The notes under the pieces are model-generated. The model was not told where the DNA came from, did not search any database, and was given only the letters and a program-made list of their open reading frames with translations. A stretch of 64,000 nucleotides of DNA from Trypanosoma brucei (lineage: Eukaryota). The DNA is taken from positions 2,656,001 to 2,720,000 of the forward strand of contig CH464491.1 of NCBI GenBank assembly GCA_000002445.1. Reading direction: 5' to 3'. Shown piece by piece: positions 10,596 to 21,186 of this stretch; positions within the stretch are counted from its first letter, which is position 1, and each line of letters starts with the position of its first letter. The position numbers and the translations under genes are program-made.

Positions 10596-10790
10596 TTCCT
10601 CCCTTCTCTGTGCGCGCTAACCTCTTCTTTAATAGCATTTCCCTGTCCACCTTTCTCTGCATTCGCGTCCAGTCTCATTTTGGTTTGGCTGTGTTACCCT
10701 TAAAGTAACCCAGCACCGTCTCTGCTGTTCCTGTCTATGTTTTTTTCCTCTTTTTTGTAAACCTTAACACATTTTTCTTTTTGCTGAATG
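10596..10790 (+). promoter_or_regulatory. Polypyrimidine-rich trans-splicing signal region upstream of eL22
   Basis: About 200 nt of C/T-rich sequence (cctcccttctctgtgcg...tttttttcctcttttttgtaaacc) ending 30 nt before the ATG. Confidence 0.45.
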
Positions 10791-10818
10791 GGTTGACGTA
10801 GGGGAGAGAAAAGAGAAT

Positions 10819-11211
10819 ATGGTTGCTGTCCGCGCAAAGGTCGGCTCTCGCGGCTTCACTCGCCAGAGGCAGCTTGCGAAGGGAAAGAAGGTGTTCAAGA
10901 TTGACTGCAGCATCCCCGCCAGCGACGGTATCTTCAGTGATGATATTCTGAGCAACTTCCAGCAGTACTTTCAGGATAATGTGAAGCTAAACGGCCGCAA
11001 GGGAAAGCTCACCTCGAAGGTACGCGTCAACATGCGTGAAAACACGCTATCCATCACGACGACTATGGCTTACCGCAAGAAGTACTTCAAATACCTGACG
11101 AAGAAGTTCCTCAAGAAAAAGGACCTCCGTGATTGGATTCGTATTCTCGCAAAGGGGAAGGACACATACCAGTTGAAGTACTTCAACATCCAGGATCAGG
11201 AAGAAGCGTAA
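10819..11211 (+). CDS. RPL22: 60S ribosomal protein eL22 (L22e)
   Basis: 130-aa protein with K..FKIDCS.P..DGI.....F.QY.Q..VK.NG..G.L...V.......I.......KYLTKKFLKK..LRDW.R.......Y.L.YFNI motifs that match eL22 along its full length. It ends with an acidic tail (DQEEA). Confidence 0.9.
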   Translation: MVAVRAKVGSRGFTRQRQLAKGKKVFKIDCSIPASDGIFSDDILSNFQQYFQDNVKLNGRKGKLTSKVRVNMRENTLSITTTMAYRKKYFKYLTKKFLKKKDLRDWIRILAKGKDTYQLKYFNIQDQEEA

Positions 11212-11813
11212 GCAGCGGAAGGATACGGGCATGTGACTCACACATTTTCATGCTCTTTTCTCGTTACTCCACAGTATGCACATATGTTTCATTTTTGATT
11301 TGTTTTACTTTTTTCTCGCCTTCTTCTTATACCATTTACTTTTGTTCCCTCAGGTAAGCAGTGGGTAGTAGAGGCAAATTCTGTATCTGCTCCCTTTTCC
11401 TGTGGGTGGCTCGGTCGCATTTCATTTCTGCTATGTGATATCATGGAGGTAACTGTTTACAAACCCTTTTTTCTTTATTTTTTCACCTATTCTGATTGTA
11501 TATACATAAAAGTATGTATTGCTAGTGCGAGGTATAGTGGTAGTGCAGAAACACAGCAAAAGTGAGGAGAGAAACAGAAGCTGTTTCCCCCATTTTTCAT
11601 TCTTTCATTAGCGAGGGTAGCGGTGTTACCACGCCTTTTTTTTGTCCCGCATTCAGCAAAGTACCCTCATCTTCACTTTGTTTTAAGTTACGCTCGAGCT
11701 TTGAACACTCGGCAATTGGTGTGGCGATCGCAGCAAAAGAAGTAGTAGTGGCTGCGACCGTCTCTCGTTAACTCGTATTAATCACGCAGTTGTCACCAAT
11801 TGTGTGATCAAAC

Positions 11814-12455
11814 ATGTTGCGGCGTACTGTATGTGTCCAACACTACAGGGCGAAGTTGGAGCTTGACCGTATCCGCAGTATGCTGCGGGGCCGCGCACGT
11901 CTTGAAAGAAAGGTTGGACTAAAGCGACTATTTTTTCTCATGCGCACACAAACGCGGTACCGTGTGGAACAGCAGGCGCACTGGGAGCGTGCAATCGTCC
12001 GGAAAAACGTCGACAGCGCCGCCCGCGAGCATGGAACGGGATGGCAGCACCTCCGCAATGAATTAGGGCGGCAAAATGTTATGCTTCTTCCTCGCTCTCA
12101 ACAGTTGTTGGCACAATATGAACCATTGGCTTTTCGCGCCGTTGTGGAACTTTGTGCTTCGCGTATTCCGCCACCGCCGCCGCCCGTTGTTGCCTCCGTT
12201 CCGGAGGAATCCTACACATTATGGCCACCGGCGAGCCATGACAATAGTGAATGTGCCTCTACAGACGGCAGCGACGCCCCTCATGGGCAGCAGCAATCGC
12301 TCTCGCACCCGGCCGCCCGTGTGGAACTTCGGTGTGGTGTCGAGCGGGTTCTTCGGCGCGGACCGTCGGGTTTGGGTAATAACGTGAACGAGCTAATCGA
12401 TGCATGGAAGGAGTTCGACGTTTCTCCCCTGAGGAAGGGGGAGGTGAACAAGTAG
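11814..12455 (+). CDS. Hypothetical protein (213 aa), Arg-rich N-terminus, Pro-rich centre
   Basis: Same-strand ORF within the PTU. No recognisable domain. Confidence 0.4.
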   Translation: MLRRTVCVQHYRAKLELDRIRSMLRGRARLERKVGLKRLFFLMRTQTRYRVEQQAHWERAIVRKNVDSAAREHGTGWQHLRNELGRQNVMLLPRSQQLLAQYEPLAFRAVVELCASRIPPPPPPVVASVPEESYTLWPPASHDNSECASTDGSDAPHGQQQSLSHPAARVELRCGVERVLRRGPSGLGNNVNELIDAWKEFDVSPLRKGEVNK

Positions 12456-12798
12456 TTGGTATAGTGGGTGAGGGAGACGGCATTAGGTGGTGACTGCGTC
12501 TAGCTTTCTTTTTTTATTTTACTTTCCTCGTATCACACGTTTCGTAACGGTATTCCCACAGACTGTGGAGGTTAGAAGCGGTGCATTGAATATAACCCGC
12601 TACTAACAGACATTTTTCACTACCGTGTTTGCATTACTTGTTCACAAGGACTTGTCGTTGTGTCGTGCGCAGGCGTTTCGTATTGTTGTCATTGTTTTTG
12701 TCCGATATTTTCACCTGTGAGAGTGCCAGCGCAGTGCATTTTCTTTCCCCTCTTTTTTTTTGCCAAAAACTGCACCAACAAACCAAAAATAAAAAATC

Positions 12799-14643
12799 GT
12801 GATTAAAAAAAAAAATTGTCACCACCTACAAATTAGATGCAGGACAGTGATGCACCTACTCGGTGATATTGTAGCGTCGAATTCGCTAAGCAGCAACGCG
12901 AGCAAAGACAATGAACCGTGCCTCATCACCTTGTGTATATATTGCCCCACTCTTTCAGGTGGGAAGGAGGAGCGGGCCATTGATAACGTCATCTTTTTTT
13001 ACCCCGCACGAACTCATCCCGACCAGCAGATGAACCAAGTAGGTTTCTGCATCGGCATGACGTGCTTAATGGAGCGCTTCATCCCCTTGTCTTCACGGGC
13101 GAAATCACCAGTGGAGGAAATACGCCTCAGCCATTCCATCATTACTCTTTGCAACCCGTTTGCAGATCTTTGGATTGCTGTTGAAACTACTCCTGCTTAT
13201 AACGCTTCTGTGGTGCTGCCGCTCGTACATCTAGGGTTTGATGCCTTCGTTCTGCGATATGGCATGGGGAGTGTTTCTGCGCTAGTGAACAATCCCCGGG
13301 AAGTGGCCTCGGGTGAGGATTGCGGTGTGGCGCGTGCCGCGTTACGAACCCACTTTGAGAAGTTTGCTACGCTACTGCAAACGTCTGTGCTAGTTGTTGA
13401 TCCTGATGCTAATCACCACACTGTCCCGAAATCTGGTGACCTGCAACCGCCGTCACAAGCAGAGTCAAGACGTTCTTCCCTTTCTTCGTCAATAATTTCA
13501 ATCGATGCGATGGGTAGCTCTAGAAGCACCTTGCATAATGTACAGCGTTGGAAGCGTCACCTGATGACGTTAGCAGCAACGGGGGGTCTGCTGACTTTTC
13601 CCGCTGTAATGCGTGCAACTCCGTCAGATGTCCAATTCATGTGTCACAGCATAGTGTTACGCCATCTTTCGTTCTTATCTTCGAGTATAAAGAGGAGGCA
13701 CACCTCTTGTTGGGGAAAAGAATGCCACGGTATTCCAAATCACACCGACTCTGAGCCAGCTGTAGAAGGTGCGGAGGAGCGCTTGCTGTGGACTAGCTGC
13801 CGTTATGCTGTGTTCATTGGCAAAACGTTGAAAGTAGTTGTATCAAACGCCCCTCAGGACATGATCTCTCAGCTCATATGTCTTTTTCTTATGGATCCCG
13901 AACTGCCAAGCTTCACCATATTTGTGGGAGAGGTCCCATTTTATTGTTGTGTGTATCGCGCTGAGAGCCTGTTGACTGTTGTAGTTTGTGACGAAGGCCT
14001 TTACGACACAATGTACACACCCCTCCTGAGTGCGTGTAAAAAGCTTACGGATTGCGTGGCAGATTGCCTAAGCAGCGGCGTGTGCGCCCCCAGCCGTGCG
14101 CCTGGGTCCAACGATGGTGGAGATGCACACCGAGTTAAGGGACATCAAAACACCCTCTCCCCCGCTGCCGGTCACAGCTCGTCTAACGCAACACCGTGCT
14201 TTGTTGATCCTTTATCTGGGGCTGGGAAGTTGCCCAATACAAAGTCAACCTTTCAGTTCACTGTGTGGTGTGACGGGGTGTTGGTCGGCTCATCACTGCA
14301 GGATTACTTTCGGAGTGTACAGTTCTCCCTGTCAGCCCCCATGCGAAAATTCATCAAATGTGTTCGCGCTGAACGTAGAGGCTCTCATGATTTTGGGGAG
14401 CACCGGGCAATCGAGTGCGCTGGTGCCCGTACCTCCGCTGACACTAATGGAGTAACTTCCGACACGAGTATAACATTGCGCGGAGCAAATGAGCTGTGGG
14501 TGTTGCTCCCGAGCTACACATGGTTGTGCGTGACAAGGGCCAGGAATCATGTGGGTGGTGTAGTGTTCTACAATGCCCCTCCTTTATCAAGTTGCTTCAA
14601 GGCTGTGGAGACAATATACGAAAATGTCTCGGTTACACTGTAG
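12799..14643 (+). CDS. CCZ1-like (longin/CHiPS-domain; putative Mon1-Ccz1 Rab7-GEF subunit) protein. The true start is possibly at an internal Met (MHLLGDIV..).
   Basis: The N-terminal block CLITLCIYCPTLSGGKEERAIDNVIFFYPARTHPDQQMNQVGFCIGMTCLMERF matches the CCZ1 N-terminal longin signature (fiYnP.....eGeE..kIlFY.P......q...vGl..a...F...F). 614 aa. Confidence 0.4.
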   Translation: MIKKKNCHHLQIRCRTVMHLLGDIVASNSLSSNASKDNEPCLITLCIYCPTLSGGKEERAIDNVIFFYPARTHPDQQMNQVGFCIGMTCLMERFIPLSSRAKSPVEEIRLSHSIITLCNPFADLWIAVETTPAYNASVVLPLVHLGFDAFVLRYGMGSVSALVNNPREVASGEDCGVARAALRTHFEKFATLLQTSVLVVDPDANHHTVPKSGDLQPPSQAESRRSSLSSSIISIDAMGSSRSTLHNVQRWKRHLMTLAATGGLLTFPAVMRATPSDVQFMCHSIVLRHLSFLSSSIKRRHTSCWGKECHGIPNHTDSEPAVEGAEERLLWTSCRYAVFIGKTLKVVVSNAPQDMISQLICLFLMDPELPSFTIFVGEVPFYCCVYRAESLLTVVVCDEGLYDTMYTPLLSACKKLTDCVADCLSSGVCAPSRAPGSNDGGDAHRVKGHQNTLSPAAGHSSSNATPCFVDPLSGAGKLPNTKSTFQFTVWCDGVLVGSSLQDYFRSVQFSLSAPMRKFIKCVRAERRGSHDFGEHRAIECAGARTSADTNGVTSDTSITLRGANELWVLLPSYTWLCVTRARNHVGGVVFYNAPPLSSCFKAVETIYENVSVTL

Positions 14644-15118
14644 GATCACGAAACAGCATTTTCTGGTTGTTAGTTGCGACCTTTTTTTCTTATTTGGCTC
14701 TCCATTTCTTTTGCTTTCGTTGCTGAGCGCACCGCCACACATTTGAAACTCCCCTCCACTGATATCAGCGCGTATTTTTACTTACTTTCATGTGCCCTGA
14801 CGAAGAAGCAACAATAAAATGGAAAGTGTAAAGCAGGGGGAGGGTGAAGCCAGATGTGCGAAGGAAAAGTAATGCTGTTTCTGTCTGCATAACTGTTTTA
14901 AACTTTTCAGAATGTTTTTAACTTTTGTATGTGCTAGTGTTAAGGTACCTTTTTCGTGATCTACTTCAGTCGTCGTTTTGTCTCCTACTGCATAATATCC
15001 CGCAAATGGCATAATGGGACAAGGGAAGGGGGCCACTGAAAGTCGAAAAAGGGGGCGAAAAAACGCTCAGGACTGCACGTAGTGCCAATATTTCCACTAA
15101 CGTTGGACAGCCGACTAC

Positions 15119-18100
15119 ATGGCACAAATGTTCCCCTCTGTGCCGGGGTATGACGGTCCGTTTAGTTTAAAGGACTTCTTGCATAACTATATCGGTTTGC
15201 AGCTGCGTTGGAGCACACCTCAGGAAAATTCCACCACTTTACCTCCCTCAAACTCGAACGTTGTCGTTGTGCCCCCGACGGGAAACTTTCATGTTGTAGT
15301 GTATGTTTCACGGTCCGCGCCTCCACCCCAGCGGTCCGTACGTTCTGTCGCGGTACTGTCTTCGTGTAGTAATAAAATGGATGGAGACCATCCGCAGCCA
15401 TCGGTGCCAACACATTTTCATGGGAGGCCGCTAACTTCCTCAGTACTGAAGCACCCCTTTTGGGACGCTCTCTTCTCGCAGATTGGGCCAACAGCTGTCA
15501 GTTTCATCGTACTCTGGGCCCCTATAGTTGTGCAATTTGAGGCGTCTGGTGGTGGCCTACAGGTGTTGGGCCCCCCTCTGAAGCGTAGCGCCTCCTGCGC
15601 GGTGAAGCGTCAGCCAGGTGCTGGCTGGTGGGAGGGAAAATTAAAGGTGTCACGGACTGAAACACTAACGCAGAATGACCCTCACTGCTTCTGTATCGAG
15701 GGGACATCATCCCCTGTGGCATTGTATCGTTTAAATGTTCCTCGCCTGCATCTTGTTGAACAGTCACCCTTGAGGAGTACCGCGGATGCTCGCCATGCCG
15801 TTACTCTCATCCTGGAACAGTTGTGGATAGAGCATCACAAATCGAGCTGCTCTCCCTCGTCCGATAGGGACATTTCTCAGCGTCTCTGCGGCGTCGCCAC
15901 AGGTTCCGCCACGAATTGCTGCGGCGATAGTTGTGTTGTCTTGGCGCAGGCTAGAAATCAAGTTAATGCCGTTTTCCCGTACACTTTGTTGCCTGTTCAC
16001 GACGACGCTGTGTCTGGTAATGGAACCGTCAAGGAGTATCTCATCCATGTGCTGCACTGTGCGCTGGGGAGCGTGTGCCGTATGAACATACGCGGGGCTG
16101 CGATAAAACATACCGAATTCTTGGAAAAACGTGGCAAATCTGTTACCAGCATTTCTCAGAAGGCGCAGACCGCCGGGCAGGAGAATAAGATGCGCGCGAT
16201 TCCTGTTGGTGAGCTGACTGTGCCGGAGCCCGTTGTGGCTTCGTATCTGGAAACTCTCTTTAACATGATGTGGTGGCGTGTCCCTCCACGTTTTGTTGGC
16301 GGTGCGGTAACTGCCGATCGGGTTAAATTTTGGGGTGAAGAAGGAACTGTGCTGACAAGGTTGCGCGAGGTTACTGTGGATTGGTTGTGCTGCGGAAGAC
16401 ATGAGGTATTTCTTTTGAGTCATTTCTTGGATGGGGTGCCCGTTTCGAGGATTCCTTGGCTACGTGGTTTCTACACGAAGGAGCCTGCACGAAAGCGGCG
16501 GTCCATGATTCAGCAGCGAGTGTTCCTGCAGCTTGTGCTCTTCCTCTATCAATGCGTGGTACCATTTTTGATCCGTCGTTCGTTCCATGTTGCTTGTACC
16601 TCTAAAAGCCCGTATATATTTTTTTTCATACCAAGGGCTGTTTGGGTACGCCTCACTCGTCGTGAAATGCGACGTGTGTGCATTCGTCGCGTAAAAAGAA
16701 TGCGCTCCGATACTTTATCAGACCCACAAATGAGGGGGCACGCGGGGTTACCGCCAATGGCGCTGGAGCGTGTGACTTCCGAAGGACTGATGCAACTGAT
16801 AGGACCCTCGTCACAGCCGGTAGGTGATGACAGTGGCGGCGTAAGCGATGTTTGCAAACTCCGTGACAGTTCCTCACCACTTTTATATTCGGATGTCCGT
16901 TTTTTAGTTGATGGTAGTAAACTGCGGCCCATCGCCCGTCCTCGGTTTGGCTGGCAGCGCTCGCTTTTGAAAGCTGCCGACGGGGTTGGGTCGTCAACGC
17001 TTGCTTCAGCCCTTGCAAAGGCGGGGAAGTATTTGGCAACGGATGGTAAAGCCATGTGGCCGTCCCCTAACTCTGCTGTTTTACGGGATGCTTTGCGGTG
17101 CCTTGATGCGGGGGTGGAGGAGCGACGTATTACAACAGGGGCAAGGCAACGCGCCATTGGATCTCACAATGATGAATATATTGAAGTGCGGTCATTTATT
17201 CAATGCGCAAGGCAGTTTTGTACCATACCCACGTTGGTACAGGGTGAAACATCAGCGGCGCTGTTGGCGGATGCTACTGCCGTAACAATGGTGCGTGGCG
17301 ACGCCGCGCGGTGTTACGACCATTTACCGCAGGAGGCAGTAGTGAATATCATGCGGGGTCTCGTCACGCACGAGACTTATTACTCACTTAAGCTGACCGT
17401 TGTTACGCTGACTACGGTCAAAAATGTTAGCAAAAAGACTAGAAGTAGTCATGCAGAAAGTCAATTATCGTCGATGAAGGAGACGAATGGTTCGACTGTC
17501 AAGCACCGGAAGCTACAGTTGAGCAAACGTGTCAAACTTGTACCCGGGAGGTACGTACAAGAAGGCGTTCTCTATGGTATTGCTCGAGGATGCATTGCTT
17601 ATGAGGAACAGTCGGTAGGCTCCGATTCCTTGGTAAGCGGCGAGGAGATAAGAAGTGTGCTGCAGAAACATCTGCAGTCGCACCTCGTGATGCTGAACGG
17701 CAAGATGTACATACAGCGTATGGGTATAAATCAAGGATCTGCTGTGGCGATGTTGCTTTGTGATCAACTTCTCGAGCGAGTTGATGCGGCCCTTTCCAGT
17801 ATTCTCTCTGAACACGAGGAACCAGCGCTGTTGCTGCGTCGCGTGGATGATGTACTGGTGGTAACACTCTCTCGTGCTGCAGCGTCACGGTGCGAAGACG
17901 CTTTACGCAGTGGTTGGTCCGAAATTGGTTTCTTCTGCCAGGAGGAGAAATTGAGAAGAGTGACTTGTGGCCAACCCGTACGCTGGTGTGGGCTCCTTTG
18001 GGATCCGGTAACCTTGGAGTTTGCAGTGGACTGGGCGCGGCTGGCCAAGATGATGCCATATCTCGCCGTGCGTCCCAGGACAGGGTGTGAGCCACTACTT

Positions 18101-18697
18101 TCCTCACTACGTTTTATCAGGATACTTCGACTTCGAACGCCGATGACGGCACTCTGCCGACAAATAAACAGTAAGTCCCGTGTGGTGCAGACGTTATACG
18201 AGATCGGTCTGCTCTGGTCCCGCTTCTTCTTGGACAAACTGAAGGCCAACGCTGCCTTTTTTAGGCCGCATGTGCGCACTATATTACAACCTCTTGCCCT
18301 TGCGACTGCTACGCTGCGTCGCCTGGTGCGGAAACATTCCTTTGACCTGCAGCGGCTGGGTTCTTTTTGCGACGTTACTGATGTTGAAGTACGACTTTGT
18401 ATTTCCGCCGCGCTCTACCATACACTCCATCAGCGGCTGGCGTTCATGATCGGCAGGATGTCGAGCGTGGGGAAGAAAAAGTTCCTGATATTAATGACGG
18501 CGGTTTTAAAACGAAAAATGGGAGAACTGGGATCTAGGATCAACAGGAATAATCAAATGGAATCTTCTCTTCCCTCTGCAGCTGATTTGTTGCTGGTGGA
18601 GGGCGGTGATGGCGTAGTTTCAAGGGGTCTTGCGGCAGTGCGTTTCAGACCTGTCGAAACTGTGCGGTTTCAGGGATGTGCGACGCGCTCTGCATGA
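15119..18697 (+). CDS. TERT: Telomerase reverse transcriptase (TERT)
   Basis: 1192-aa ORF with the RT motifs in canonical order. Motif A is AARCYDHLPQEAVVNIM (cf. GAYDTIPQDRL). Motif B' is MGINQGSAVAMLLCDQLL (QGS...S..LC). Motif C is LLLRRVDDVLVVT (LLRLVDDFLLIT). Motif E is RWCGLLWD. The size matches the roughly 1190-aa kinetoplastid TERT. Confidence 0.85.
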   Translation: MAQMFPSVPGYDGPFSLKDFLHNYIGLQLRWSTPQENSTTLPPSNSNVVVVPPTGNFHVVVYVSRSAPPPQRSVRSVAVLSSCSNKMDGDHPQPSVPTHFHGRPLTSSVLKHPFWDALFSQIGPTAVSFIVLWAPIVVQFEASGGGLQVLGPPLKRSASCAVKRQPGAGWWEGKLKVSRTETLTQNDPHCFCIEGTSSPVALYRLNVPRLHLVEQSPLRSTADARHAVTLILEQLWIEHHKSSCSPSSDRDISQRLCGVATGSATNCCGDSCVVLAQARNQVNAVFPYTLLPVHDDAVSGNGTVKEYLIHVLHCALGSVCRMNIRGAAIKHTEFLEKRGKSVTSISQKAQTAGQENKMRAIPVGELTVPEPVVASYLETLFNMMWWRVPPRFVGGAVTADRVKFWGEEGTVLTRLREVTVDWLCCGRHEVFLLSHFLDGVPVSRIPWLRGFYTKEPARKRRSMIQQRVFLQLVLFLYQCVVPFLIRRSFHVACTSKSPYIFFFIPRAVWVRLTRREMRRVCIRRVKRMRSDTLSDPQMRGHAGLPPMALERVTSEGLMQLIGPSSQPVGDDSGGVSDVCKLRDSSSPLLYSDVRFLVDGSKLRPIARPRFGWQRSLLKAADGVGSSTLASALAKAGKYLATDGKAMWPSPNSAVLRDALRCLDAGVEERRITTGARQRAIGSHNDEYIEVRSFIQCARQFCTIPTLVQGETSAALLADATAVTMVRGDAARCYDHLPQEAVVNIMRGLVTHETYYSLKLTVVTLTTVKNVSKKTRSSHAESQLSSMKETNGSTVKHRKLQLSKRVKLVPGRYVQEGVLYGIARGCIAYEEQSVGSDSLVSGEEIRSVLQKHLQSHLVMLNGKMYIQRMGINQGSAVAMLLCDQLLERVDAALSSILSEHEEPALLLRRVDDVLVVTLSRAAASRCEDALRSGWSEIGFFCQEEKLRRVTCGQPVRWCGLLWDPVTLEFAVDWARLAKMMPYLAVRPRTGCEPLLSSLRFIRILRLRTPMTALCRQINSKSRVVQTLYEIGLLWSRFFLDKLKANAAFFRPHVRTILQPLALATATLRRLVRKHSFDLQRLGSFCDVTDVEVRLCISAALYHTLHQRLAFMIGRMSSVGKKKFLILMTAVLKRKMGELGSRINRNNQMESSLPSAADLLLVEGGDGVVSRGLAAVRFRPVETVRFQGCATRSA

Positions 18698-19060
18698 AAT
18701 GCAAGCTTTTCTCCTTCACGCGCACGCACAAGCGTCTTTTTTTATTTTATTTTGTTACCAACCTACATCCTTTTGATGTTTGCAGTTAATTTTGTTGCGA
18801 CCACTTGCTGCTTCCTCGAGGCACCGGTACGATTTTGGTTTTCCCTTATTTTATTGTGCGGAAAAAAAATGTCTTTCCCTTACTTATATTCGATTTCGCT
18901 CGTGCGTGTCTCTCTCTCCGTTAGCAATTAGTACATTCCTATAAGTAGGTGGGAGGAAAACGAACTTTGAGTGAAAGGAAACCCACTAGCTACAGGAAGG
19001 GTAGAAAGTGTTGAAATATACAATAAAAAAAAGAGGTAACAGCTGGCGGAGACGCTAATA

Positions 19061-20533
19061 ATGAAGTCCAAGGATGTGGAGGATGCTGGATGCGTTGGGC
19101 AGTGGATTGACAACCGAAAACGGGCAAGTGACGATGCTGACTCTTTCGTGAAATCAGCCATGACAATAAGTCAGTCGGCGTCATCCATTGGTGCCTCCGC
19201 GCAGACCCTACGCAATTTGGACAGAGGCCGAAAAAGGAGTGAATCCTCCAAGAAATCGGCTGGCAAGAAGACCAGTAGCGCACCGTCTTTACTTCCTCAG
19301 ATAAAGGTGAAATCTGCGAAGCAGGGCAAGGCGACGGGCAGACCACCGATTTCTGCCTCAAACCCCTCAGGAGGGGCGCGGAAGGGATCATTGAAGGGGA
19401 AGGCAACTGGTTCGATTTCTCTGACGTCTCAGAGCACAGGTGGTGGCAGCGTGGGGAAAAGGGGCAAGTCCCCCAAATCAAGAGGTGGGGCGAAAGGAGG
19501 GAAAAAGCGACCTTCATCGATTGGGAGGCCCTCAAGCAGGGGATCGAAGGGGTCATCTCGGCGGGGGTCTCGTTTAAGTCGAGGCAGTGGACGCACGAGC
19601 ACGAAGGGAAAAGGGGGGCGGAATTCGAGAGGAAAGAAAGGCAAAAAGTCTAAGCGTAGCAAATCTTTTGCGGGTGCCGATAAGATCACATATGCTATTT
19701 CTTCGTTAACTTTAGCGGAAGAAGACCAGCGAAGCAATATTTGGGCAATGGAAGAGACTGAGCGTGATGCTCTCCTCCCTGATTATCACCTACTCGTTAT
19801 AAACATGCTCCGGGCCCAAGTTGTTGAAGTAAATGCGCGCCAGCAGTCCTTAAACGATGCCTTCATGTCTAGACAGGGCAATGGTCTCAACTTTTTATTG
19901 GGAGATGACCCTGCCGCAGCACTGGAGCTTTTGCGGACGCAGATACGGTTAGAAATGCAGGGGGAAGTGGAAAAGCTCGCTTCGGCAAATGCGGTACTAA
20001 GTGGCCTTCTTGAGGAAAAGAAAGCTGAGTTAGAGGAAAAAACCAACGAGGCGCAGTCACTCCAGGACAAGGTCAATCGTAGGCTTGCCCGTTTTGAAGT
20101 GGATTGTGAAGCACTTCGCACTGAGGTCCAATCTGCATTGAAGACTGAACGTTTAGATATCGATAGAATGAAGCGTGAGCTCATTCGTCGCCTAGACATG
20201 GCAACCGCTGCGCTGCGTACGCCCAAGTATGATACAGCGCTGCGCTCCATGCAGGCACTGGTGCAGAGTGTGCAGGATGAGATACAGGAGCATCATGATA
20301 ACATGAGTAAGCTGATTGTATCAATTGAGGCTCAGGACACTTTTGTTCGCAACAAAAGCGATACAATGCACAGCAACTTTCCCGTCCGCTACAGAGAAGA
20401 GCTGAGGAAATTGGACAACGACAAGCTACTGAACCTGCTGGACATCTTGTCTTTCCACGATTCTGTAGTAGAAACTGTTGGTAAGACGTTGTATGTAATA
20501 AGTAGCACAGGTTACGCTACAAATGTTTTCTAG
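19061..20533 (+). CDS. Hypothetical protein: extremely basic S/K/G/R-rich N-terminal region (residues about 50-200) followed by an alpha-helical coiled-coil C-terminal half
   Basis: The run ..KKSAGKKTSS..KGKATGS..GKRGKSPKSRGGAKGGKKRPSSIGRPSSRGSKGSSRRGSRLSRGSGRTSTKGKGGRNSRGKKGKKSKRSKS.. is followed by heptad-rich sequence (LEMQGEVEKLASANAVLSGLLEEKKAELEEK..). 490 aa. Confidence 0.5.
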   Translation: MKSKDVEDAGCVGQWIDNRKRASDDADSFVKSAMTISQSASSIGASAQTLRNLDRGRKRSESSKKSAGKKTSSAPSLLPQIKVKSAKQGKATGRPPISASNPSGGARKGSLKGKATGSISLTSQSTGGGSVGKRGKSPKSRGGAKGGKKRPSSIGRPSSRGSKGSSRRGSRLSRGSGRTSTKGKGGRNSRGKKGKKSKRSKSFAGADKITYAISSLTLAEEDQRSNIWAMEETERDALLPDYHLLVINMLRAQVVEVNARQQSLNDAFMSRQGNGLNFLLGDDPAAALELLRTQIRLEMQGEVEKLASANAVLSGLLEEKKAELEEKTNEAQSLQDKVNRRLARFEVDCEALRTEVQSALKTERLDIDRMKRELIRRLDMATAALRTPKYDTALRSMQALVQSVQDEIQEHHDNMSKLIVSIEAQDTFVRNKSDTMHSNFPVRYREELRKLDNDKLLNLLDILSFHDSVVETVGKTLYVISSTGYATNVF

Positions 20534-21186
20534 TGAGGTGGCACCCGTGTTTTTGTTTTTCATTTTATTTTCAATTTTCACTCCCTTACATTCTTTCATC
20601 CCGTCACGCTCTGCCGCACACACTCTCCTTCGTGTTATTGACTTAAGTTATCTTAGCGTATTTCGTTATACGCTGTCCTAGAGGTTTGCTTTGTAACTCC
20701 AATGTATCTTTATGCGTCATAAATTAAGGCGGGCGACGGAGAAGGTGAGGGAACACAGAGAAAGAAAGAGAGTGCGGCTCCGTCCAGTTTCCCTGGTTGG
20801 TTGATGTAGTGTTAGAGCGAAGATAGGCGTATCCTTAAGTAGCCGCATGTTTTTCTATGTCCTCTTTGTCCCCCCGCCGTGTTTGCGTGGCATGTCGGTG
20901 TTACCCTCGTGCTTAAATTTTTTGGTTGGTACTCATTCGCCCCAAGCTTTTTTCCCACTTATGTCCCTCTTCTTTCAATTTCTTTTACATATATAAACTT
21001 TCATATATATATTTCCGTCCCCCAAAGGTACAAAATACTTTTAGTTGTTGCTTCATTAGTTCCTTTCCCCGTGTTTGACAGCCAACTGGGTTGCGAGAGA
21101 CAGTTGCGCGGCAGCACATCAAGGGGCGAACACTGGTGTTCTCCCCTGAGACGAAAAAGAAAGGGGAAAAGGCAAGGGATTGATCA

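Noticed and set aside
15162-18279. Multiple minus-strand ORFs (up to 219 aa) inside the TERT gene
   Set aside because: They are antisense to a gene with strong motif support and show typical GC-rich antisense open frames. No independent evidence.
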